Shown piece by piece: positions 38,779-48,329 of a stretch of 64,000 nt of DNA. Both the position numbers and the translations under genes were made by a program. The notes below the pieces were generated by a model. That model searched no databases, was not told the DNA's origin, and saw only the letters and a list, made by a program, of their open reading frames with translations. Source of the stretch: a phage; the NCBI GenBank assembly GCA_024614665.1, contig GCA_024614665.1_4861.1; one strand, given 5' to 3'. The stretch's first letter is position 1. Each line of letters opens with the position of its first letter.

Positions 38779-41058
38779 TTACTCCTCCGCTTCTTCCCCA
38801 TCTTCTTCCTCTCCATCACGTTCAGATTTCTTAACGTACTCACCACTACCTAATTCTTCCTTGACGGAATCTACAGACTCACCGTAGTAATCCGAAAGCA
38901 GACGAGTTCTGTTCTTGTCCATCATGAACACACCCAGACATTCCAGAATGTGATAGTAAGGTTCTACTGTGGAGAATGCGCTTCGACGTGTGTCTGCAGC
39001 ATCAATCAGCTCCGGCGGAATACCGAAGTTTTCCACCAGGAACTCTGGCAGTATCAGAGTGCGATAGGTACGATAGTTGTTTTCTTCGAACCACCGTGTT
39101 GCGGTGGTCTTAATCATCGGGTCTTTAATGTTTTCCAGCCACTCTTTAACGGCTGTTTTGTTCTCCAGGTTTACCGGAAGTTTCACGGCGTCATAAGGCG
39201 GTTCGTCCAGGTAGCCGTACTTCGGTCCAAAGATAGCGTTGTACATGCGGTGGTAATGGTAACTCTTTTCATCATCTTCAGAGTACGCACTACGGTCTTT
39301 GACGTTGGTTGTTTTCAGGTAGCCTGCTTTACCAGCGCGAATAGAATCCACCACAACGTGCTCAATTGCAGCAACCTTTTCCAGCAGAGGCAGAATCTTA
39401 ATCTTGTCACCACGTGCCACGATCTCACAGAGTTCTTTAATCGTGCGTTTGAACTCTTTCATGACCACCGGAGGAATGTTCGACGTACGTAAAGACACGC
39501 CCTTAACTTCTAACTCAGGGTCAGACTTCAACTGCCCTTCCTGGCCAGTGATGATGGAGAAATAGTGTTTTGCTTTCGTGGTTAACGCAAAGGAGTCGAA
39601 CTTAAATTCGTTCTTCATTGCGTACAAAAACAGACGCTCTTTCGCCACACCGATATTCGCCGACATACTCGCCATCAGATGACGTAAGTGCTGGGTTGCG
39701 ATATAAATCATCGCATCCGATACGCGCGTAGCTTCACGACCGTAATGTTGACCGGTATACCACTGCGCCCACCACTGTGCAGTCATCATCGTGGAGTCGG
39801 TATCAGATACCACGCCAACACGACGAACCACGTCAGGCATCCTGGCAATGTTGATTGGCAGGTTTTTGGTGGTCAGGATATTACGAATCAAGCACGCGTA
39901 CTTACCGATGGTTTTCTGCAGATACACAGCTGAGCGAATCAGCTCTTTGTATTTTTCCTGCTTATCCCACGGTTCCGCTTTGTTCGTGTTTTCGTCTTTG
40001 AGTTTAACGTCAGAGAACGACTTACCTAATGGCACGATATCAGTACGGAACTGCGAGATAATGATCTGCATGTCACCGTCGATAGAGCGCTCAGCAGCAT
40101 CCCAATCAGTGATCTCGTCTTCCATCTCCTCGGCAATCAGCGCACCGATAAATCCACGCATGAATTCATCGTTATATTTCGCCAGGTGGTAGAAGTCACC
40201 CATGTAGACAAACGCTGCACGTACCAGCGGGCTACAATTACCGACGTAGTGACGAATGAACTCCACCCCTTCCTCGTTACGGAAGTAAAACTCTGCAGAG
40301 TACATAACCACTTCCATAACCTCGTCCACAGTTGGGTAGTGGAGGTTATAGAGTTCCATACACTTCTTGAACTCCGCAAAGTTAGTCAGTGTACCGATAG
40401 AGAGTAGGTGGTCGATGACACGAGACGGCGTGTCGTAGTGACGATTACCGCCCAGTAGTCGTTCGTTGCCCGCATTACCGAATGATGTAGCTGTACGGCA
40501 GGTTGACGTCAATACAGAGTGTGAAGACTGGTTAAAGATTACCGTGTACGGTGATGAGAATGCACCCGACATCCCGTTGTTCAACGTCTTAACAGCGTTC
40601 TGTTCGTTCTTTTTGTTAATACGTAAAACTTCGTTTCCTGCAGCACCGGCTGCATACATCTCTTTCTTAACCACCGCACGCTTACGCACGTTCTCTGCCG
40701 TAAATTCAGCAAGCTTAGAACGCTTGACGTGTTCCGGCAAATAGAAAGTCAACGACGGTGCAGAAATGATCTGCTTATCAATCACTGTACGGAACAGTTT
40801 ATCTACCGTGGTGTATTTTTCTTCGCGATCGCCGGTCTTTTGATTGCGCACCCACATCTTACACACGGGGAATTCGTGTACTAACTCACCACCAGGTTGG
40901 AACATTTCTTCGACCTGCTGTCGACAGAACTCCAAAGAATATTTCCCGTTGGTGACGGTATGAATGTAGAGCGCCAGTTGTTCGTAGTACGCATCGATAA
41001 CGTCAATGTCGCGATGATACTCGTCTTGACTAAGACGAAATGGTGAATTGTAGTCCAC
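38779..41058 (-). CDS. polymerase-like protein (possible family-B DNA polymerase catalytic part)
   Basis: VVSDTDS (motif C-like), KTLNNGMSGAF (motif B-like), KAKHY (KxY-like); acidic C-terminal tail. Confidence 0.5.
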   Translation of the reverse strand: MDYNSPFRLSQDEYHRDIDVIDAYYEQLALYIHTVTNGKYSLEFCRQQVEEMFQPGGELVHEFPVCKMWVRNQKTGDREEKYTTVDKLFRTVIDKQIISAPSLTFYLPEHVKRSKLAEFTAENVRKRAVVKKEMYAAGAAGNEVLRINKKNEQNAVKTLNNGMSGAFSSPYTVIFNQSSHSVLTSTCRTATSFGNAGNERLLGGNRHYDTPSRVIDHLLSIGTLTNFAEFKKCMELYNLHYPTVDEVMEVVMYSAEFYFRNEEGVEFIRHYVGNCSPLVRAAFVYMGDFYHLAKYNDEFMRGFIGALIAEEMEDEITDWDAAERSIDGDMQIIISQFRTDIVPLGKSFSDVKLKDENTNKAEPWDKQEKYKELIRSAVYLQKTIGKYACLIRNILTTKNLPINIARMPDVVRRVGVVSDTDSTMMTAQWWAQWYTGQHYGREATRVSDAMIYIATQHLRHLMASMSANIGVAKERLFLYAMKNEFKFDSFALTTKAKHYFSIITGQEGQLKSDPELEVKGVSLRTSNIPPVVMKEFKRTIKELCEIVARGDKIKILPLLEKVAAIEHVVVDSIRAGKAGYLKTTNVKDRSAYSEDDEKSYHYHRMYNAIFGPKYGYLDEPPYDAVKLPVNLENKTAVKEWLENIKDPMIKTTATRWFEENNYRTYRTLILPEFLVENFGIPPELIDAADTRRSAFSTVEPYYHILECLGVFMMDKNRTRLLSDYYGESVDSVKEELGSGEYVKKSERDGEEEDGEEAEE

Positions 41059-41104
41059 GTCTGGCCCCTTGGTTTTTACTCAGCTATAAGACTTGCGGGA
41101 TACG

Positions 41105-41142
41105 TGAAAAAAGAAAAAAAATAACCCACTCCGAAGAGTGGG
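41105..41142 (-). terminator. intrinsic terminator
   Basis: Hairpin CCCACTC-CGAA-GAGTGGG, T-run on minus strand. Confidence 0.65.
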
Positions 41143-41148
41143 CTTACT

Positions 41149-41559
41149 TTAACCGGCAATACTCTCAACGATTTCAAAATCGACATCATTGAAACCGTTG
41201 GCAGCCAGGGCGCGCTTAAGGTCGTCAATCTCCTGTTTGTTATCCAGGGTGACGGTAAAGCGCACTTTCGTGTTTTCGATAATCTGAACATCACGAATCC
41301 AGGCATCAGCAGCGACTTTGGGTTTGCCATCAACACCTTTAAAAATCAGATACGTGTATTTGTTCACGTTATCTTCTGGCTGAGAAACAATGGAAGAGTA
41401 GATATTCTTCTGCTCCGCCATCACATCCATATAGCTTTTGGCCATTTCATAGCCAACGCCGGTTGCCAGAATAATTACACGCGTCTCTTGCCCTTTCAAA
41501 GGGGTGTCGTAAACAATGTTAACTTTTTGCCCAGCGACCAGTGTGCGTAAATCGAACAT
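41149..41559 (-). CDS. hypothetical protein
   Basis: Member of a 9-gene minus-strand operon with overlapping stop/start codons. Confidence 0.6.
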   Translation of the reverse strand: MFDLRTLVAGQKVNIVYDTPLKGQETRVIILATGVGYEMAKSYMDVMAEQKNIYSSIVSQPEDNVNKYTYLIFKGVDGKPKVAADAWIRDVQIIENTKVRFTVTLDNKQEIDDLKRALAANGFNDVDFEIVESIAG

Positions 41560-42158
41560 TATTCCTCCTCAGGAACATCAATAAGCAGCCTCATATCCAA
41601 AGCATTGGTTAACGGTGTCTTCGGGAAGTCCACCTTCAGAACCAACGTACGGATAGCGCCATTATGCGCCTCTAAGAACATCTTCACCGGCTCAACATAA
41701 TGCGCCATAACTGCCTCCGTTACGGCGGTCGCCATTAGATCCAACGTATAGTGCTTGAGCGTGGCCCAGTGTGAGCTGTCTTGCTCTTTGTACATCAACG
41801 CTAAATCTAACAATGGTGTCAGCCCGTTAAAATGTGACTCAGTGCTGGCTTCCATTGCAACATTAAACTTCCACCGACGGTACTCGTCAGTCAGTAACGT
41901 AAAGAAGTCGTGCAAGAACGTAAGGTCGGTGCGAGCCAACATGCAACGAAACTCGTACGTGTAGCTGGTCAGCGTTTCACGTATAAGTTCGTGCATCTCG
42001 TCCTGGTCCAATTCTTTTACAGGTATCTCCACGGTGATACGCGGTAGGCGGACTACGGTGTCAACCACCAAATCCAAAAACCGCATACCGTCCGGAAGAT
42101 ACCCCACGACCCCCAAGTCCACATTAATCAAGTGGTTGGCGATCACCTTGTAGATCAT
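41559..42158 (-). CDS. hypothetical protein
   Basis: Operon member, start/stop overlap. Confidence 0.6.
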   Translation of the reverse strand: MIYKVIANHLINVDLGVVGYLPDGMRFLDLVVDTVVRLPRITVEIPVKELDQDEMHELIRETLTSYTYEFRCMLARTDLTFLHDFFTLLTDEYRRWKFNVAMEASTESHFNGLTPLLDLALMYKEQDSSHWATLKHYTLDLMATAVTEAVMAHYVEPVKMFLEAHNGAIRTLVLKVDFPKTPLTNALDMRLLIDVPEEE

Positions 42159-42167
42159 TCGTACTCC

Positions 42168-42599
42168 TTAACATTCAACACAGATGAGTGCGTTGCCAAT
42201 TTCATTCATAAGGAGTGAAACCTTTGTCTTTTTTGCTCCGTCTTCTGGAGTCAAGCCAGCCATGCCCCACACACGTTCTATCACGGAAAGGATTTCATAG
42301 AACCGAACTTCATCCTTAATCCCACTGCTCATGTTGTAGCAGTTTAGAGGCAGTACCTTTTCAGTACCCCACATCCCGCGCAACTGTTCCAGTATCAACG
42401 CAGGGTCTGGGGGAATAAAAGTAAGAAAGTTCTCACCCTTACCTAGCCCATTAACAATAGAACGTACCGTTAATTCGGCGTAACTGGCCAGAAACAAATA
42501 AGCGACAGCGGGCTCGATCTCGCTAGTATCAGCAATCTCGGCCCGTGCCAACAACGACTCATATTTGAAGACTTCGCCTATGGTCATGTACAGTTTCAT
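42168..42599 (-). CDS. hypothetical protein
   Basis: Operon member. Confidence 0.6.
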   Translation of the reverse strand: MKLYMTIGEVFKYESLLARAEIADTSEIEPAVAYLFLASYAELTVRSIVNGLGKGENFLTFIPPDPALILEQLRGMWGTEKVLPLNCYNMSSGIKDEVRFYEILSVIERVWGMAGLTPEDGAKKTKVSLLMNEIGNALICVEC

Positions 42600-43084
42600 T
42601 CGCAGATTAACACCACATCGTTAAAACTATCACCTACATACGTTTGATATCGCCCCGGATACAGCGACTCTATCAGTCCAGCAAAACCAGTTAAGTTTGT
42701 TAACTCTTCGACCAGCAAACTTACTGCAGCGCCGAAGGCTGCTTGATGTTGTTCGGACGAACCTTGTGCTGCCAGAAACGTCGTATCGACGGACGTTTCC
42801 TTAGCGAACTGGTCAACGGACAGACCATCGGTCACCAGCTCCCAATTGCCCAGAGGTTCAAGCGTGTCTTCCTGTAACAAATCAACCATCGTCGAAGGGT
42901 CACGAGTTTTCACACCGATGATATACGCAAACGCAAAACGTTGATAAAAATCACGTATCTGTGTTTCATCAATCTCCAGGTTACTGGCTTCCAGTACACG
43001 CAATGCCGCTTCACGAACATGCTCGTAAAACCGAGTCGCGCTATATTGGTTCGCAATATCCGCCACATCAAACAGAACGCTCAT
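42596..43084 (-). CDS. hypothetical protein
   Basis: Operon member, 4-nt overlap. Confidence 0.6.
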   Translation of the reverse strand: MSVLFDVADIANQYSATRFYEHVREAALRVLEASNLEIDETQIRDFYQRFAFAYIIGVKTRDPSTMVDLLQEDTLEPLGNWELVTDGLSVDQFAKETSVDTTFLAAQGSSEQHQAAFGAAVSLLVEELTNLTGFAGLIESLYPGRYQTYVGDSFNDVVLICE

Positions 43085-43590
43085 ACACGACCTCCGAGAT
43101 TACCGATAAGCAAATCGATAACAGGCAGAAGTTGTGGGGTGATTCGCTCGTACGCTTCCTGGCTGGCAAACTGTGGGAATTTATCACCACCATTATAGTC
43201 CAGTAAGAATTCGACATCCGCCGGATTATGCATTGTGTATTGTGCACCGACCCAACGACCGTAGTGAGTAAACCAATAAGGAGACTGCGCTACGGCAGTC
43301 ATATACGCTCGGCCGATGTTTTGAATTGCAGTGCCGTAGGTGATTACTTGCTCATTTTCCAGCACAACGCCGTGTGCATTCAGTGTACGAGAAACAAACC
43401 CAAAGGTGTTGTTCATCATAAACTTTAACTCACTACCAATGGTTCCACGTTCCACGAAGCTCATGGCGGTATTGATTATCGAGTTCAAATCGTCATTCAC
43501 TTCGCGGAGCACATCGTTTGGCGAAAACTCCGTTAACGGCCCAGCCAATAACTGATAGCCGGGGATATAAAAATGAGATCGCTCAATCAT
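43081..43590 (-). CDS. hypothetical protein
   Basis: Operon member, 4-nt overlap. Confidence 0.6.
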   Translation of the reverse strand: MIERSHFYIPGYQLLAGPLTEFSPNDVLREVNDDLNSIINTAMSFVERGTIGSELKFMMNNTFGFVSRTLNAHGVVLENEQVITYGTAIQNIGRAYMTAVAQSPYWFTHYGRWVGAQYTMHNPADVEFLLDYNGGDKFPQFASQEAYERITPQLLPVIDLLIGNLGGRV

Positions 43591-43990
43591 TGTAAGTAAC
43601 CCCTGTAGTCAACATTTTCCAAACACCGTCTCCTACATGCCAGAGGAGAAAGTCGGATTGTGGTAAATAAGTCATGTCCTCGTCGATTGCTTGCCAGATG
43701 CAATCGGTGTCCCGTATCAACAACTCAAATCGACAAAGAGCCCAATATTTTGCCGATGTGGTTGGAGTAATGATTGGGTTATCGTGAACATACTCCATAA
43801 AGAACTGGCGTATCATGCTATCGATAACGCCATATTTTTTCCGCAGAACATGCAACCGAACAATTTGCTCGATATAGTCGTCAAGCTCTACCGCAGCATC
43901 CTGGTAATCGATGCCGAGATTCTCTTTGACGAGAGCGGTGAGTCGGCAAGTCAATCGCACGAACTCAGTATAAACCGTCATCATAGACAT
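43583..43990 (-). CDS. hypothetical protein
   Basis: Operon member. Confidence 0.6.
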   Translation of the reverse strand: MSMMTVYTEFVRLTCRLTALVKENLGIDYQDAAVELDDYIEQIVRLHVLRKKYGVIDSMIRQFFMEYVHDNPIITPTTSAKYWALCRFELLIRDTDCIWQAIDEDMTYLPQSDFLLWHVGDGVWKMLTTGVTYND

Positions 43991-44432
43991 CTGTTACCTT
44001 ACGTGGAATGAAACGGAGAATTCTGTCTGCCTGATTATAATGATACCGATACCCTTTCGGAGGAATGCCCATTTCCTCACAGATAGCACGATGAACGTGT
44101 GACGCGATGGTGTGGATTTCCCGCGAATGACTTCTGGGACGATAACACCTAACAATCAGTGAGACTGTTTCTGTGTCCCACGCACCGTGTTCTGTAAATG
44201 TCGGAATCATGTATTCGAGCATACAGAGAATGATATGCTTCAACCCCGTGTTAACATCATACATGCTGAACATGATGTCGCTGGGGTCATTCAATATCCT
44301 GACGTATGCCGTCGAGGCAATGTGATCGATCAGTACCAGACGGACGATATCGTTTGTTTGGGAAGCATTGGCGGTAGTGGATGAATCTGATGTCTTCTCC
44401 AATTTGTAACTCCAGAGATTGCACCTGCCCAC
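43965..44432 (-). CDS. hypothetical protein
   Basis: Operon member; start uncertain (internal ATG at 44273 possible). Confidence 0.55.
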   Translation of the reverse strand: MGRCNLWSYKLEKTSDSSTTANASQTNDIVRLVLIDHIASTAYVRILNDPSDIMFSMYDVNTGLKHIILCMLEYMIPTFTEHGAWDTETVSLIVRCYRPRSHSREIHTIASHVHRAICEEMGIPPKGYRYHYNQADRILRFIPRKVTDVYDDGLY

Positions 44433-44850
44433 GACGGGTTATGTGTGGTTCCAGTTTAATCGTCGCATAACGATTAAACGGGTGTTTGGCGGCCTTCACA
44501 GCATTCTCCACAAGCGCATGGATACTGTCCAGGAAACTGTTGTAACAGTCTTCGAATGCCAATCCGATAAGATATTCGGTAGAACGTAAAATCGCTACGG
44601 TCTCCTTCGTCTTATTAACCGGAGTACCCAAACCGCCGCTGGAAACGTGTGTACGTTCCACAGGAACTGTTTTCGGTGGAAGTATGATCTGGTCAGCCAC
44701 CAACATCATCGTGAGATTAAAAGCGTCAGTATAAGGTTCCAGCAAAGGTTCCATACGTGCATTAGGCATTTCCGGAACGGAGTAAAAGATATCTTCGAGC
44801 GCAGTGTGTAACAGTTGTACAGTTAACATCTCGCGTTCTTTTTGGCTCAT
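44287..44850 (-). CDS. hypothetical protein
   Basis: Start set at ATG forming ATGA overlap with upstream stop. Confidence 0.55.
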   Translation of the reverse strand: MSQKEREMLTVQLLHTALEDIFYSVPEMPNARMEPLLEPYTDAFNLTMMLVADQIILPPKTVPVERTHVSSGGLGTPVNKTKETVAILRSTEYLIGLAFEDCYNSFLDSIHALVENAVKAAKHPFNRYATIKLEPHITRRGQVQSLELQIGEDIRFIHYRQCFPNKRYRPSGTDRSHCLDGIRQDIE

Positions 44851-45167
44851 CCGCAGAGCGGTAGCGTACTGGGAAGCATCGACAGGCCCCCAGAAGCTAG
44901 AATGAACCGCAGCTGGTTCGAGGTATATTCTGACCACGTTTGCACAACTCCATTTTTGTAATGAAAGGGATAGCTATGGTTTCGGCCCAACGCCGAAATA
45001 ACAAACCACGCTTCCGTGCCAAAATAACTTTCGGCAATGCGTATCCACTCGCGTGGAAACTCATGCGTGCCGGGATAAATGACTTCTTGTATCGCGCACA
45101 GTAACGTGTCCGCAGGCACAATCTGTTCATTTGTCCCTGGAGAGAAATTAAAGAACATGCGCGTCAT
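44847..45167 (-). CDS. hypothetical protein
   Basis: First gene of operon; motif 31 bp upstream. Confidence 0.6.
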   Translation of the reverse strand: MTRMFFNFSPGTNEQIVPADTLLCAIQEVIYPGTHEFPREWIRIAESYFGTEAWFVISALGRNHSYPFHYKNGVVQTWSEYTSNQLRFILASGGLSMLPSTLPLCG

Positions 45168-45197
45168 CGAGAAATGCTCCTTAAGGATAATTCACGA

Positions 45198-45212
45198 AGA
45201 TAATATCTATGC
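45198..45212. promoter_or_regulatory. palindromic motif AGATAATATCTATGC
   Basis: 31 bp upstream of 9-gene operon start 45167. Confidence 0.5.
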
Positions 45213-45330
45213 AAAATTTCTTCGAGTATGGTGCGCACATAAAGGTCGTAAAACGTATTTTAATGTCAGGTAATGGGATAGCATTACCCGATGGTATGAG
45301 TTGTCCTACGAGCTTCATAGGAGCCTTAGA

Positions 45331-46143
45331 ATGAATGTTATCGACTACTGCCTGCGTAAAATCAGACAGCATATCCCTGCCCCGATTCTACAGGCGGCTT
45401 TTGTTCCAGAAAACCTCAAGTTACTGGGAATTGCAAGCTCTGTAGATAACGAAATTCAACAACGCGTTATTCGTGAAATTCTGGTCCCTGAAATCTCCAG
45501 AATGGGGCAGTATCAAGAAGTAGATTTGCAAGGTGTTCCTTGGGATAACGACACGCAAGATTATTTCAGTCGCGTGTACTATCTCGACGACATCAAAACA
45601 GGCGGTCGCCCTATTCTGGACGCCCATATCTCTGTAACACCTGTTGCCGGGCAGGCGTACACCATGCCACCTGCCGGTTCGTATCTGGACGGTGCAACCT
45701 CCGGTGTACTGGCGTCCACTCAACAAGTGGTTGATAGCCAATCGGCGATGCCACGTATCGCCTCGCCAGAAGTTGAGGTGCTCGGTCCGAATACCATTCG
45801 TATCAAAGACCCAGGCATGTTCGTTTACTCTACCAAACTCGTGGTGAAGTACGAACTGTCCCAGGAGATGAACGAAATCAAACCAGCATTCTATCCGGTT
45901 GTAGGTGAGCTGGCAGTCATGGCTGTTAAGCAATATATCTACAACACCATGATCTTCGACATGGACTCTGGTAAACTGGAAAACGGTATGGAGTTCGGTG
46001 CCTTCAGAAACGTTATTGAAGGTTACTCGGACGCAGGTCAAATGTTCGAAGACACCTTGCCGAAAATGCAGCGTTGCCTGGTCCACAACGACAACATCGG
46101 AAACCGTTGGAACTACATGAACGGTGGACGCTTCAAGTCGTAA
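45331..46143 (+). CDS. hypothetical protein
   Basis: Start set at ATG with AGGAG SD; bidirectional terminator downstream. Confidence 0.65.
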   Translation: MNVIDYCLRKIRQHIPAPILQAAFVPENLKLLGIASSVDNEIQQRVIREILVPEISRMGQYQEVDLQGVPWDNDTQDYFSRVYYLDDIKTGGRPILDAHISVTPVAGQAYTMPPAGSYLDGATSGVLASTQQVVDSQSAMPRIASPEVEVLGPNTIRIKDPGMFVYSTKLVVKYELSQEMNEIKPAFYPVVGELAVMAVKQYIYNTMIFDMDSGKLENGMEFGAFRNVIEGYSDAGQMFEDTLPKMQRCLVHNDNIGNRWNYMNGGRFKS

Positions 46144-46200
46144 CAAAAAAAAAAGAAAGATTCCGTACCTCTACGCAAGTAGAGGTACTTCTTCTTTTTT
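46144..46200. terminator. bidirectional intrinsic terminator
   Basis: Hairpin GTACCTCTAC-GCAA-GTAGAGGTAC with A-run and T-run. Confidence 0.7.
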
Positions 46201-46588
46201 AACCGGCAACACCCAGCACATCCTTAAGATGATGGGTAATACCTGACGTCCACGCCTCACCTTCACGCACGATTTCCGGTTGAGCGTTAACCAGTCGGCG
46301 GAGAGAAATTGTGTGTTCCGCTAAACCCGCTACGGGAAACACAGGTGGAACGGTGGCTTGTTTGACATAATCGACGACATCGTTGAAGCCTTCGTTAGAA
46401 GACCAATCAATTTCTACACCGTCGCAGACATCTAATTGACGCGTGTTATTCTCTTCATCGGGGTGGAAAGTAAAACCCCATTGAATTGTATCCAGGAGAC
46501 CACGGTCAAGTTCGTTGACCACTTTAATTTTCTTGAGGGTATCCGGATGCGCCATAATCACGTCCAGCGGACGCAGTTTGTTTTTCAT
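46199..46588 (-). CDS. hypothetical protein
   Basis: 129-aa ORF. Confidence 0.6.
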   Translation of the reverse strand: MKNKLRPLDVIMAHPDTLKKIKVVNELDRGLLDTIQWGFTFHPDEENNTRQLDVCDGVEIDWSSNEGFNDVVDYVKQATVPPVFPVAGLAEHTISLRRLVNAQPEIVREGEAWTSGITHHLKDVLGVAG

Positions 46589-46655
46589 CGAGCATCTCCT
46601 TTGGAATCTATTACAGCACAGACTCCCTACAAGATAGGTGCCTGCCGTAAAAAAG

Positions 46656-47072
46656 TCAGTGTAAGGTTCCGAGGGTTTTATAGTGTTTATAATTCATTGC
46701 GTGGATGCTGTCTAACACAATGGCGAATACTTCCTCATAAGGTAGTCGTTTCTGCATAACTGCAGCACACATCGAATCGAATAAAGAAGGCATTAATTGC
46801 GGCATTTCATTTAACGCCGATGATTCGCTACGGGATAAACACTCGCTTGTGTTTATTGTTGGTGTGTTTGGCCCAGTGTAGATAGCCACAGCCTCTACCA
46901 CATCTAGTGAGTCGAGCCACGGCTGGAATTGGGGCAACTGCATTAGCACTGGAAAGACCTCACTTGCAAGTATTCTTGAATAACTGCACTGCGGTCTTAA
47001 AGTCGTGGGTAATTTATTTTCTTCCAATGCTTTAAATAAATCTTTCGTCTGGTAGTAGCACTGCGTAATCAT
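46656..47072 (-). CDS. hypothetical protein
   Basis: 138-aa ORF; terminator upstream. Confidence 0.6.
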   Translation of the reverse strand: MITQCYYQTKDLFKALEENKLPTTLRPQCSYSRILASEVFPVLMQLPQFQPWLDSLDVVEAVAIYTGPNTPTINTSECLSRSESSALNEMPQLMPSLFDSMCAAVMQKRLPYEEVFAIVLDSIHAMNYKHYKTLGTLH

Positions 47073-47104
47073 GGTAACTTCCTCCTATAAGATTCTGAGG
47101 CAGT

Positions 47105-47143
47105 CGTGAAAAAAGAAAAAAAAGAGGGAACCGAAGTTCCCTC
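47105..47143 (-). terminator. intrinsic terminator
   Basis: Hairpin GAGGGAAC-CGAA-GTTCCCTC, T-run on minus strand. Confidence 0.65.
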
Positions 47144-47157
47144 AAAAGCATCGACTA

Positions 47158-48105
47158 CTAATCAAACTGAAAATCGTACACGCTAAGCCATTGCTCACGT
47201 GGAAACAAATTATAAACTTCCTCAGGGATGTGGAGTACCAACCATCTAGCTCCGTTACCGCCAACGTACCAGGAAGCGTACGGATATATAGAATCCTTCG
47301 GTGGTGCTAACGGAGAAGGTAATTGCTGAGCCCCATAAACGATGCTACCGACCATCTCGCCGTCCGGTAGGACTGCCGCAACCATCCAATTCGCGGGATA
47401 ATAGGTTCCAGCATCGGGAGTCGCTAAATAACGCAAGTATAAGTTATCTGGCTCAAACCGCTTGCGTAGAGTTAAGAATAAACACAACTCATACGGTTCG
47501 ATGTTCAATCTGGTGTTCGGGAGACTGTGCTCTTTATACCAGTTTGCATAACCTGCCTGCAGTGCTCTGATTGCCAGGATTGGTTTGTCTATATCCACAG
47601 GTAGCTGGAGTGGTGTAACGTTCAAATCTGCGGCGGTTGGAAACATTACCGGTTCAGGATTGATGAGCTGGTTATACGCTTCCCGTAAACGATTCATCTT
47701 GATGCGTAATGCACCGTTCGTTAACACCAGCCTACGTCCATGGTTTTCATCTGCCGCACGTTCCGTAAAAAGTGCATCGCCGAAGTGGCGAACAAACTCA
47801 ATGCTTAGGAACTTGGTGTGGTACGTAGGTGATGTGTACTCAATGAACTCATTCTGTCTGAATCCAAAATGGTGGAGCAATTCGCCGTTGGTCCATTTGA
47901 ACACAAATCGGAATTCGAAGTTCTTGTACTGTAGCGCATCTTTTACAGCACGTATCGCTTCCCAAGCGTCGAAGTTCGTTCTGTATAACGAACCAAAAGG
48001 GAAGAATCTGCGAGGTAAGAAAGGTCGAATGCGGGTTGCTTCTGCGAGGCTGAAGCCATCCTGGTTTAATCCTTCGATAGCGCTAGGATTACTTGGTCTG
48101 TACAT
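47158..48105 (-). CDS. hypothetical protein
   Basis: 315-aa ORF; motif variant 61 bp upstream; terminator downstream. Confidence 0.7.
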   Translation of the reverse strand: MYRPSNPSAIEGLNQDGFSLAEATRIRPFLPRRFFPFGSLYRTNFDAWEAIRAVKDALQYKNFEFRFVFKWTNGELLHHFGFRQNEFIEYTSPTYHTKFLSIEFVRHFGDALFTERAADENHGRRLVLTNGALRIKMNRLREAYNQLINPEPVMFPTAADLNVTPLQLPVDIDKPILAIRALQAGYANWYKEHSLPNTRLNIEPYELCLFLTLRKRFEPDNLYLRYLATPDAGTYYPANWMVAAVLPDGEMVGSIVYGAQQLPSPLAPPKDSIYPYASWYVGGNGARWLVLHIPEEVYNLFPREQWLSVYDFQFD

Positions 48106-48165
48106 GATGCATACCTTTTATAGTCGAGTTGGGAGAATTCAGATGAGGATTTCTCATCTCACTTA

Positions 48166-48180
48166 GGTAATATCTATCTG
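48166..48180. promoter_or_regulatory. palindromic motif variant AGGTAATATCTATCT
   Basis: 61 bp upstream of minus-strand start 48105. Confidence 0.45.
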
Positions 48181-48196
48181 TGGATATTTGGAATGC

Positions 48197-48240
48197 AAAA
48201 AAAAATAAAAGAGTTGTCCTCACTCCGAAGAGTGAGGACT
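48197..48240 (-). terminator. intrinsic terminator
   Basis: Hairpin GTCCTCACTC-CGAA-GAGTGAGGAC, T-run on minus strand. Confidence 0.65.
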
Positions 48241-48329
48241 TCCCTGGTGTTGGCATGTAAATCTACAAGGTCTTACAAGGTCAGACGAGGGCTAATCGTC
48301 AGGAACATAGCTACTGGGCGTTAGCTAAT

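Noticed and set aside
22871-48180. Reading the recurring motif as a host sigma70 promoter (TAATAT as the -10)
   Set aside because: No consistent -35 element at 17 +/- 1 bp spacing; the palindromic symmetry fits a phage-specific promoter or dimeric regulator site better.
48250-48275. Tandem direct repeat TACAAGGTC x2
   Set aside because: Only two short copies in an intergenic region; too little to call a repeat array or CRISPR-like element.
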